This document shows, in pieces, positions 53,707 to 64,000 of a stretch of 64,000 nt of DNA. Each line of letters begins with the position of its first letter. The first letter of the stretch is position 1. The notes beneath the pieces are model-generated. The model did not search any database. It was not told the origin of the DNA and was given only the letters and a program-made list of their open reading frames with translations. The translations under genes were made by a program, and so were the position numbers. The DNA is from Haliotis cracherodii (lineage: Eukaryota). The stretch spans positions 22,382,001 through 22,446,000 of the forward strand of contig NW_027266308.1 of NCBI RefSeq assembly GCF_022045235.1, read 5' to 3'.

Positions 53707-53970
53707 GGGACCGACCATTTGATATTCTGGAGGGGGTGGGAGTTCGTATCGAATATTAGATATTTTATTTTTTTCAGCTACAGCTACAAAACCAGATATT
53801 GTTTTATTTGCAACTCTGGCCATGAATTTCTTTTCAACAGTTTGAAGTATAATAATATTTTTTTTTTGGAATTTTCTGGGACAATTTTTGTTTGCGATAA
53901 AAACCCAGACCCACACACCCCGACCCGTACCCCAACCACAACCCCATGAGAATATCAAATTGTCGGTCCC
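53707..53970. mobile_element. 264-bp MITE, possibly PIF/Harbinger-type
   Basis: 22-bp TIRs GGGACCGAC(C/A)ATTTGATATTCT; flanks TAA / GAA (imperfect 3-bp TSD). Confidence 0.75.
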
Positions 53971-54603
53971 GAAGAACTGCTAGCATACAATTACATACTT
54001 TCACACTAATCAATCATGTGTCACCGTGGGCGATTCATTTTTGTGTGAATTTCTTTATATGTACTTCTTGTACACTCGTGAATAGTGTGACGTAAAATAT
54101 ATATACATCATACAGTTTATGTCCACTTGAGAATTTGTGACGTGAAGCTTATGGACTCCATTATACAATTTGTGACGTGAAGTTGATATCCATTATGTAA
54201 TTAACGATGTGACGTTTATGTCAATTATGCAATTTGTGACGAAAAGGTTATGTTAATTTGATTTTTTTATTGATATACGTATCTATGCTTACACTGCTAA
54301 CAACACTCCTCCCAAGAAAACTAGGACTATAGCAATATATGTATATCATTGTGGATGTTTACAGATATGATAAGCACATCGGGGTTATCAGTTATCTGTA
54401 AATCAAAGTACACACACAGCATAACGCTCTATACACCTTTTACATGAACACAGCCTAGCCACTTGGACGCCGTCCTCTATACCTTGTGTGTTAAGTTGCT
54501 GTATACGGTGATGACGTGGGTGTTCATCGTCGTTGCATGTACTTGCGACCCCATCTTCAGTGGGGCCCCGGGCTAACGAACACCCTCCCACACAACCTTT
54601 AAC

Positions 54604-57600
54604 ATGAGTGTATATGACAAGCAGACCCGTGGCCGGGGCACGGAGACGTTCCCATTGCTGCCCAAGCCTGGAGGTCAAAGCCTTAACATTCGGAATCTCG
54701 TCATAGGAAACGTCGTGGTATGTCTATATTTCATAGCAACTAATTTCCATAATCCTACAATGGACCAGTATTTATACAGACGGATGACAGAAAAGGTGTT
54801 TGGAAATGAAACTCACCATGACTCTGTTAATCAAACCTGCTATGTAAACAAGTCAGATAAACATTACCTTCTTCAGGAGAAGGCTCAGCAAATGGCATCA
54901 AGGGCACAAATGTATTTCACAGTGGCCCGGGGTATATTTGCAGTTCTGAATATCGTATTCGTTGGAGCCTATTCTGATTTTATTGGTCGGAAAGTGATGT
55001 TTGTTGTGGCCATGACAGGTTGTATAGTGAGATACTGTACACTGACCGCCATCATCTACTGGGAACTGGACTTCAACTACTACTTCATTGGGGAGATAAT
55101 CTCCGGTATAACGGGTTACGACTACTCCTTCCTCCTTGCGAGCTATGCCTACACCGCCGACAACACTCCTCCCAAGAAAACCAGGACTATAGCAATAGCC
55201 GTTCTTGAAACAACTCTGAGTCTTGCGAATGCTGCTTCCCAAACGGCAAGTGGATTCTTCATCCAGCGAACTGGATTCCTCTACCCTTCGTTCACCTCGG
55301 TCATATTGATGTTACTGGCGGTCGTGTTTGTTCTTGTGTGTGTCACGGAGACTCTGCCGCGATCAGAAGTGCAACAGAAAGAGTGTATTGGTCCCCGCAA
55401 AGGCATCAAAAGAATTGTTGGATTTTATCTATTTGATGACACCAAACAGACCCGTCTCCTGTTTATATTAGCTTTGGTGACGTACCTGTTCTTCATCTTG
55501 CCTTCGAGTGGTGTATCCAACACTGGAACGCTGTATGTGCTGAACAAACCATTCTGCTGGACTCCTGAAACGATTGGGTATTATACAATGGCGGGGACTG
55601 CGCTGAAGCAGGTGTTTGGTGTGCCGCTCATTAAGTTCCTCCAACACTGTATCAGTGATGAGATCATTGGAATAGCCAGCTCTTTCGTGATGGTGGCAGC
55701 GTATACTCTCCGTGGGCTGGCGTACACAGACTGGATGATGTATGGGGGTAAGATGCAGGAGAAACATCATCACATGATAATGGATGAACAATCTTTTAAA
55801 ACAAATTCCCCAAATGTAAATCCAACTTGATTTGGGGCAAAGTAGATCACTAGAGTCGTCTTATATCATGCTCATGTGATCATAATATGTGAGCGTGTGT
55901 TTAATCGCTGCTCATTCTATCAAACACTAGAATCCAAGATTTATCTTCGATTCACCAGGCCGACGTGTAATGGCTAAGATATCGCTGACTTTGACATAAA
56001 ACCAACATTCACTCACTGACCTCAAATGCATACCTTAATAAGGAAAACCTCATACTGGTAACATAATGTTAATGTGGTTGTGATAAAGAATTTTTTAAAT
56101 CAGTTGCAGGACTGGAGGCTTTCACGTTTGCGATTTCCCCGACGGTTCGAGCCATCATGTCCAGAATGTCACCAAAAGACAGACAAGGTATTAATCATCA
56201 AAAGTACTGAAATACAACATTGTTAAGTATGTCTATCTTCGAATTCTATCAAAGATATGGTATTGTGAAGAGGCATCAGCATATTCAAATACCTAACAAG
56301 TACCCATACCATACCCCCAATGCTTATCAGAAGAACCTTCTTAAGTGGGGATTCAGTTGTTACAGTAACCTTATTGACCCTGACTAAGGTCACGTGGATC
56401 GCATTATTGGCATAAACTACTTGATTGTAAAGCTATTCACATGCCGCAGTGATAAAGCAAGGATATTGCTGACTTCGGGGCAAATCAACTTTCACTAAAC
56501 GTACATGTACTTGGACATGTATGTAAAATCATAGGAAATGTTGTTTTTTTATTTGATGTTAATGTCACTGATACTTAGCCACAACTAGAGTCTTTGATAC
56601 AATTATTTGTTTGATTTGTGCTTTCTTGGTTTTTTGTCTTGTGACAGGTTCTCTCTTCACGTGTCTGATGCTGATAGGGAGAGTGCTTACATATTCATGT
56701 CTTGTGACAGGTTCTCTCTTCACCTGTCTGATGCTGATAGGGAGAGTGCTTACATGTTCATATCTTGTGACAGCTCTCTCTTCACCTGTCTGATGCTGAT
56801 AGGGAGAGTCCTTACATGTTCATGTCTTGTGACAGGTTCTCTCTTCACGTGTCTGATGCTGGTACGGAGAGTCCTTACATGTTCATGTCTTGTGACAGTT
56901 TCTCCCTTCATCTGTCTGATGCTGGTAGGGAGGGTCCTTACATGTTCATGTCTTGTGACATGTTCTCTCTTCACCTGTCTGATGCTGATAGGGAGAGTGC
57001 TTACATATTCATGTCTTGTGACAGGTTCTCTCTTCACCTGTCTGGTGCTGATAGGGAGAGTGCTTACATGGTCATGTCTTGTGACAGGTTCTCTCTTCAC
57101 CTGTCTGATGCTGATAGGGAGAGTGCTTACATTTTCATGTCTTGTGACAGGTTCTCTCTTCACGTGTCTGATGCTGATAGGGAGAGTGCTTACATGGTCA
57201 TGTCTTGTGACAGGTTCTCTCTTCACCTGTCTGATGCTGATAGGGAGAGTGCTTACATTTTCATGTCTTGTGACAGGTTCTCTCTTCACGTGTCTGATGC
57301 TGATAGGGAGAGTCCTTACATGTTCATATCTTGTGACAGGTTCTCTCTTCACCTGTCTGATGCTGATAGGGAGAGTGCTTACATTTTCATGTCTTGTGAC
57401 AGGTTCTCTCTTCGTGTGTCTGATGCTGATAGGGAGAGTGCTTATATGTTCATGTCTTGTGACAGGTTCTCCCTTCACGTGTCTGATGCTGATACGGAGA
57501 GTGCTTACATATTCATGTCTTGTGACAGTTTCTCTCTTCACGTTTCTGATGCTGGTACGGAGAGTGCTTACATGGTCATATCTTCGGAAAGAGACGCCAA

Positions 57601-60600
57601 GCCGCAAAGACCTAGCACCACAGACATGGAAACTGATAACCCAGGTGTCCTCAATACATTGTTTCGCAATTATATCTCCCTGATACACACTGATACTTTT
57701 GATAACAATAACAAGTATAACAGTACATAACAGTATAACAGTCCAGATCCCTGATGGTTAATTCTGACTCTAACGCCGATAGACAAGGGCAACACTATGT
57801 TTGTTTATAAGCACTGAAAATAATACTTTCCTAACATTTCATATTTTCATCTTTATCCGATAGGACCCCTACGGATACCGTTTTCAATATGTCAGCTTTA
57901 TTTAGCCAAAAACAATACTCATAAATGACAGGTTCTCACTTCTTGAATGGTTACATCATAGGACAGCTTCTATATAGGTTAAGTCTTCTGTCAGGTCCTC
58001 CCTTGGTTATATCTTCTGTCAGGTTCTCTCTTGGTTATATCTTCTGTCAAGTTCACTCTTGGTTATATATTCTGTCAGGTCCTCTCTTGGTTATATCTTC
58101 TGTCAGGTTCTCTCTTGGTTATATCTTCTGTCAAGTTCACTCTTGGTTATATATTCTGTCAGGTCCTCTCTTGGTTATATCTTCTGTCAGGTCCTCTCTT
58201 GCTTATATCTTCAGTCAGGTCCTCTCTTGGTTATATCTTCTGTCAGGATCTCTCTTGGTTATATCTTCTGTCAGATCCTCTCTTGGTTATATCTTCTGTC
58301 AAGTTCACTCTTGGTTATATATTCTGTCAGGCCCTCTCTTGGTTATATCTTCTGTCAGGTTCTCTCTTGGTCATATCTTCTGTCAGGTTCTTTCTTGGTT
58401 ATATCTTCTGTCAGGTCCTCTCTTGGGTATATCTTCTGTCAGGTACTCTCTTGGGTATATCTTCTATCAGGTTCTATATTTGTTACATCTTCTGTCAGGT
58501 TCTTTCTTGGTTATATCTTCTGTCAGGTTCTCTCTTGGGTATATCTTCTGTCAGGTTCTCTCATGGGTATATCTTCTGTCAGATTCTTTCTTGGTTATAT
58601 CTTCTGCCAGGTTCTCTCTTGGTTATATCTTCTGTCAGGTTCTCTCTTGGTAATATCTTCTGTCAGGTTCTCTCACGGTTATATCTTCAGTCAGGTTCTT
58701 TCTTGGTTATATATTCTGTCAGGTCCTCTCTTGGTTATATCTTCTGTCGTGTTCTCTTTTGGGTATATCTTCTGTCAGGTTCTCTCTTGGTTATATCATG
58801 TCAGGTTCTTTCTTAGTTATATCTTCTGTCAGGTTCTTTCTTGGTTATATCTTCTGTCAGGTTCTCTCTTGGGTATATCTTCTGTCAGGTTCTTTCTTGG
58901 TTATATATTCTGTCAGGTCCTCTCTTGGTTATATCTTCTGTCATGTTCACTCTTGGTCATATCTTCTGTCAGGTTCTTTCTTGGTTATATATTCTGTCAG
59001 GTCCTCTCTTGGTTATATCTTCTGTCATGTTCACTCTTGGTCATATCTTCTGTCAGGTTCTTTCTTGGTTATATCTTCTGTCAGGTCCTCTCTTGGTTAT
59101 ATCTTCAGTCAGGTCCTCTCTTGGTTATATCTTCTGTCAGGATCTCTCTTGGTTATATCTTCTGTCAGATCCTCTCTTGGTTATATCTTCTGTCAAGTTC
59201 ACTCTTGGTTATATATTCTGTCAGGCCCTCTCTTGGTTATATCTTCTGTCAGGTTCTCTCTTGGTCATATCTTCTGTCAGGTTCTTTCTTGGTTATATCT
59301 TCTGTCAGGTCCTCTCTTGGGTATATCTTCTGTCAGGTACTCTCTTGGGTATATCTTCTATCAGGTTCTATATTTGTTACATCTTCTGTCAGGTTCTTTC
59401 TTGGTTATATCTTCTGTCAGGTTCTCTCTTGGGTATATCTTCTGTCAGGTTCTCTCATGGGTATATCTTCTGTCAGATTCTTTCTTGGTTATATCTTCTG
59501 CCAGGTTCTCTCTTGGTTATATCTTCTGTCAGGTTCTCTCTTGGTAATATCTTCTGTCAGGTTCTCTCACGGTTATATCTTCAGTCAGGTTCTTTCTTGG
59601 TTATATATTCTGTCAGGTCCTCTCTTGGTTATATCTTCTGTTGTGTTCTCTTTTGGGTATATCTTCTGTCAGGTTCTCTCTTGGTTATATCATCTGTTAG
59701 GTTCTTTCTTGGTTATATCTTCTGTCAGGTTCTTTCTTGGTTATATCTTCTGTCAGGTTCTCTCTTGGTTATATCTTCTGTCAGGTTCTTTCTTGGTTAT
59801 ATATTCTGTCAGGTCCTCTCTTGGTTATATCTTCTGTCATGTTCACTCTTGGTCATATCTTCTGTCAGGTTCTTTCTTGGTTATATCTTCTGTCAGGTTC
59901 TCTCTTGGTTATATCTTCTGTCAAGTTCACTCGTGGTTATATCTTCTGCCAGATCCTCTCTTGGTTATATCTTCTGTCAGGTTCTCTCTTGGTTATATCT
60001 TCTGTCAGGTCCTCTGTTGGTAATATCATCTGACAGGTTCTCTCTTGGTTTTATCTTCTGTCAAAGTCTCTCTTGGTTATATCATCTGTCAGGTTCTCTC
60101 TTGGTTATATCTTCTGTCAGGTTCACTCTTGGTTATATCTTTTGTCAGGTTCACTCTTGGTTTTATCTTCTGTCAGGTTCTCTCTTGGGTATATCTTCTG
60201 TCAGGTTCACTCTTGGTTTTATCTTCTGTCAGGTTCTCTCTTCACGAGTCTGATGCTGGTTCAGGCAGTGTGTACCCTGTTGGGAACCCCGGTGTTCAAC
60301 TCCCTATACCAGGCCACTGTTGAGGTGATGCGAGGGAGTGTCTATCTCGTCATGGCTGGTCTACAACTGCTCTCTGTCACTGTGTTCATGTGCGTATACA
60401 CCAAAGCACTGCCCAGCACCTGAACCCAATGTTAAAAAAGACTATTGCACAAGCTATAATGAACTAAGCCTTGAGGGTAATATACCACAGAAAAACAGAT
60501 GAGGAACATAATAATCCTCTCCACATAAGTATAAGCGACAACACCCTTTCCATAATCATTAGAAATCCCTGCTGTCCATTCTACGATTCCAAACATTTTA

Positions 60601-61249
60601 TAAGTACATGCATGTATGTGTTCATGAATCACTTTGCAGCATAATGACAGCAATTTCAGAACAGTTAATCAGGTGAACTCTGTCTATATACCGTATCGTT
60701 CTGTACAATGGACTCCAATGGACTCGCTGTATTATCACTATTTGATAGTTTATTCCCAAACCCATGCTCATCATATATAGCTAGAATCGTACAATCGACT
60801 CTGCCTTCAGAAGCTATTTCTTATGAATATGGAAAGGGTTTTGTCGCTCATATTAAGTATGTTGATATTGTTTTTTATGTACATACATCTACGACCTGGG
60901 TAATCGCTAATTAATAAATTGATATTGATAATAAAACTGATTAAGCAGACTGGAAATGTGGTCCTGCTTCATTTGCCTCATCAAACGTACTTGTCATGTG
61001 TTTGTCCATTATGATTTCAGAGTGTTCGCATGTCGGTCCCGTGGTGCTGAACACGGCATATATAATGAAGAAGAAGTGACGATACAGGACAGTGGCTCTC
61101 GGGCATATTCGTCACCGGGTCTGTCGGCGTCGTTTGAGAGGAGCGGTTCACACGTGCAGTCACGTGGCGATCTAATATCACAGCCAATCAGGAGCAGCGA
61201 TCATTATATATGTTCCTACTCGTATTCTTCCCAGGATTCTCTGCCCTAA
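54604..61249 (+). CDS. SLC46-family MFS transporter, paralog 7 (~537 aa); exons 54604-55747, 56104-56187, 60233-60389, 61021-61249
   Basis: ETFPLL, GAYSDFIGRK, AYTADNTP, PFCWT; 84/157-bp exons; GT-AG junctions; open to TAA. Confidence 0.9.
56630..57585 (+). repeat. 63-bp tandem array (~15 units) derived from the paralog 7 exon 3 acceptor junction
   Basis: Unit contains TCTTGTGACAG|GTTCTCTCTTCACGTGTCTGATGCTG; up to 27/28 identity to the first 28 nt of exon 3. Confidence 0.93.
57925..60242 (+). repeat. 28-bp tandem array (~82 units) of the paralog 7 exon 3 acceptor
   Basis: Unit GGTTATATCTTCTGTCAG|GTTCTCTCTT; the last unit is the true acceptor (AG 60231-60232). Confidence 0.95.
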
Positions 61250-62159
61250 CGTTGTTACAGAAAGACAGTGACTCTGATTTCGTTCATCCAAAAACAGATA
61301 AATGTGTTTTTTTGATGAAATCAATCAATACAAATACTGTTCGAAACGTACATGTATATTTATCATGCCATGTCAATTAAAAAGTCATTTGAGTGTACAG
61401 CCTCTCCGCATATTCAGCGTAAAACATGTACCAAGAGCCTGTAGCCTTTCAGTGTTGAGAACAAAAGGCATTGTGTCGTGATTTAGCCTTACATGCTGCA
61501 GATTTACATCATTAAAAGAATGGGAATTTGTAATTTTTTAAATTTAGATTCCCACAAAACATCACGAACGTTACTTGGCTGAAAACAGTCGCCGAAACAC
61601 TGAACATGCGAAACACAACTATGACACTCGAATGAAATACATCACCATCTAATAACCATTTCTTGTGTGTTTTTTTCATTTTTAGACACCAATAAACATG
61701 GGTGTATACTTTCTTTTGCCCCACAGTTCAGATCGAGTTTATGTGTTTTACGTTTGATTAGATTCATCACAAATCAGTAATTTACAGGTTCAAGCTGTTT
61801 TCCTTTACGTTGTTAAGGGGGTTTCTCTTAAAGTGTGCAGTACTAGATGGAATAATAGATATGGAACTGTGGCTTTGTTGGCATAAGAAATCAAGCCAAA
61901 AAGGATCAATTTAAACTTACCCGGGATCTTGCTGACTTGGTTGACGCATTACACCGTATCCCGTTTCCTTTGATCGATGCTCATGATGTCAATCACTGGA
62001 TTTCCTGTCCAGCAGCAATCTATACTACTACAGTGCTGCCACTGCTACATAAAAATAGTTCCAAGTCACTTACTAACAGAACAGCACAATGTGTTTATGG
62101 GCGGAATATCTGAAGCAGCAGTTCCATCATATATCACACTAAAACCCAATATCTAGATA

Positions 62160-62400
62160 AAGGCATAACAACTATGGCTTAGATTTATTAGATATGTGTA
62201 AGATACTTGGTTTCCATATAGTCAATGGAAGATTAAAATCAGGTATCATATGCAATTTGACTTATGTATCACATTCTGGATGCAGCATTGTTGACTATTT
62301 TATTATTTCTACTGATATTTTTACTAATACAATAGATGTGTCGGTTCTTCAGCAAACTGAGTCAGACCATTTGCCAATCCGATGTACTCTTCAGCCTGTC
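62160..62400 (+). mobile_element. LINE APE-endonuclease fragment
   Basis: IVNGR..TYVSHSGCSIVDYFIIS..ESDHLPI motifs. Confidence 0.7.
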
Positions 62401-63101
62401 AACCCAATAAGAGGCTTGAAACTACTCATTTGTTAATAAATCATACAGTTGGATACAGACTCCCTGAAGATAAGATTACTTCGTATCAAAAATATTTATG
62501 CAGCACTGCGAGTTAAGGAATGTTTGAGTGAGTGAGTGAGTTAGGTTTAACGCCGCTTTCAACATTATTCCAGTTATATCGCGGCGTGTCAGCTTAATGT
62601 GGGAGGAAAGCCTGAAGTGATACAGGTCTCAGACGTTTACCACTTCGGCGAAACCCACGAGCACGAGTCCCCTTACACTTAGGACCAACATGCATGTGCC
62701 TTTTGCTACTTGTACCAGTGAGGCATTTTATTGGTTTTATAGTGCTGGCTCACCGAGATAACATGGCCAGTTTAACATGCATACCCACACCAAAATACTG
62801 TCTCCGAGCCGACCAGATCTTGCTATATCTCCTGAATGCCGAATGCAAGGTAGGGCTACAAGTACCACCTTTCAACCTTTCAGGTATGACGTAGTCAGGT
62901 GATCATACCACCGACCCTATTCCGCCCTCCGGTTAAACGCTCGATCGTCTAGATTATGGAGGCGCTTTCACATGATTATCTGCAGGATTTCGTCACGCGA
63001 CACATGGTTATCAATGCGGCATAGTTTATGTGTGTGTCATGTTAGCAGTCTAATACATTTACATCTCACATGAATTATATTCACTACTGTTTACCACAAC
63101 A

Positions 63102-64000
63102 ATGGAGAAGAAACCACTTCTACCAAAACCCAAGGAGGGGGAATCTCTCCTCAATATCAGGAATTTGGTGATGGGAAACATTGTAGCAGTTCTGTACCAC
63201 GTAGCGTCAGCCTTTCATGCCCCGACACTCGATCAGTACCTCTATAAGAGGTTGTCGTTGGAAGTCTTCGGCAACTACTCAGGGGACAGTGTCAGCCCAG
63301 CCAACGTGACCTGCTACAGCAACAAAACATCTGAGGGATACATTCTTCAGGAAATGGCCCAGAAAGCCACAACAAGCCAACAGATGTACTTTTCCCTCGT
63401 CAATACAGCCGCAGCATTAGTCGGTTCTCTAGTTCTTGGATCGTATTCTGATTATTTCGGCAGGAAGGTCGTGTTCATTTTGCCAGCCATTGGTGACATG
63501 GTGAGGAGCGCTATGCTAACTGCCATCATTCATTGGGAGCTGGATCTAAACTGGTACTACATCGGGGAATTTCTGTGTGGACTTGGCAGTACCAACAGCG
63601 GTATACTCCTGGCTAGTTATGCTTATGCCGCTGACAATACACCACCCCGTAAGTCTCGGACATTAGCTATAGCAGTCATAGACACAACGAGCAGCATTGC
63701 TTATGCAGGTACAAGTGCTGCCACAGGATACTTCATACAGGATATGGGGTATTTCTACCCATCTCTCGTGTCTGCTCTCATAATGTGGGTGCTCATTCTT
63801 GTTGTCGTCTTTTTCATAAGGGAAAGTAAGCATTCCCTCAAAAAGACCAACAAATCAAAGGTGAACCTGACTCAGGGGATAAGAAACGTGGTAGGGTTGT
63901 ACCTGTTTGACAACACCTGTCGGGTACGGAGCCTGTTCTGGTTGGGTCTCATGTGCTACTTCTTCTCCCAAATCAGTGCTAATGCGGTAATCAACATAAA
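63102..64000 (+). CDS. SLC46-family MFS transporter, paralog 8, first coding exon (truncated by window end; absent from the ORF track)
   Basis: Manual translation MEKKPLLPKPKEGESLLNIRNLVMGN...GSYSDYFGRK...SYAYAADNTPP...GYFYPSL; no stop before 64000. Confidence 0.9.
   Translation, partial: MEKKPLLPKPKEGESLLNIRNLVMGNIVAVLYHVASAFHAPTLDQYLYKRLSLEVFGNYSGDSVSPANVTCYSNKTSEGYILQEMAQKATTSQQMYFSLVNTAAALVGSLVLGSYSDYFGRKVVFILPAIGDMVRSAMLTAIIHWELDLNWYYIGEFLCGLGSTNSGILLASYAYAADNTPPRKSRTLAIAVIDTTSSIAYAGTSAATGYFIQDMGYFYPSLVSALIMWVLILVVVFFIRESKHSLKKTNKSKVNLTQGIRNVVGLYLFDNTCRVRSLFWLGLMCYFFSQISANAVINI

Noticed and set aside
56750-57730. 312-aa minus-strand and 304-aa plus-strand repeat ORFs
   Set aside because: Alternative frames of the 63-bp array with no independent gene signals.
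57925-60323. Long hydrophobic ORFs (up to 654 aa) as standalone membrane-protein genes
   Set aside because: They result from a stop-free 28-bp unit read in all three frames inside an intron; most start at non-ATG codons.

Overview
Eukaryotic, AT-rich, intron-containing invertebrate DNA. The repeat style suggests a mollusc such as a gastropod, but that is inference only. The window holds a tandem cluster of SLC46-family (PCFT/SLC46A1-A3-like) MFS transporters: six apparently intact 4-coding-exon genes (one on the - strand, five on +), one copy with only exons 3-4, and an eighth gene running off the right edge. The six complete genes share the layout ~1.1 kb / 84 bp / 157 bp / variable last exon. 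All seven copies with a 5' end carry an N-terminal acidic dileucine signal. Between the genes lie two decayed Tc1 transposons, a non-autonomous hAT element, nested LINE remnants, an L1/Tx1 remnant, SINEs, MITE hairpins and minisatellites. There are three assembly gaps (8839-8969, 37754-37893, 44574-44797). The most unusual signal is that the same splice junction (intron 2 acceptor plus start of exon 3) has been amplified into tandem arrays three times, with 37/38-, 63- and 28-bp units, in two paralogs. It is copied once more in a third paralog, and a fourth has a 110-bp hairpin just upstream of the acceptor. The real exon is thus preceded by ~20 to ~100 copies of its own 3' splice site. Exon boundaries and alignments were read by eye.
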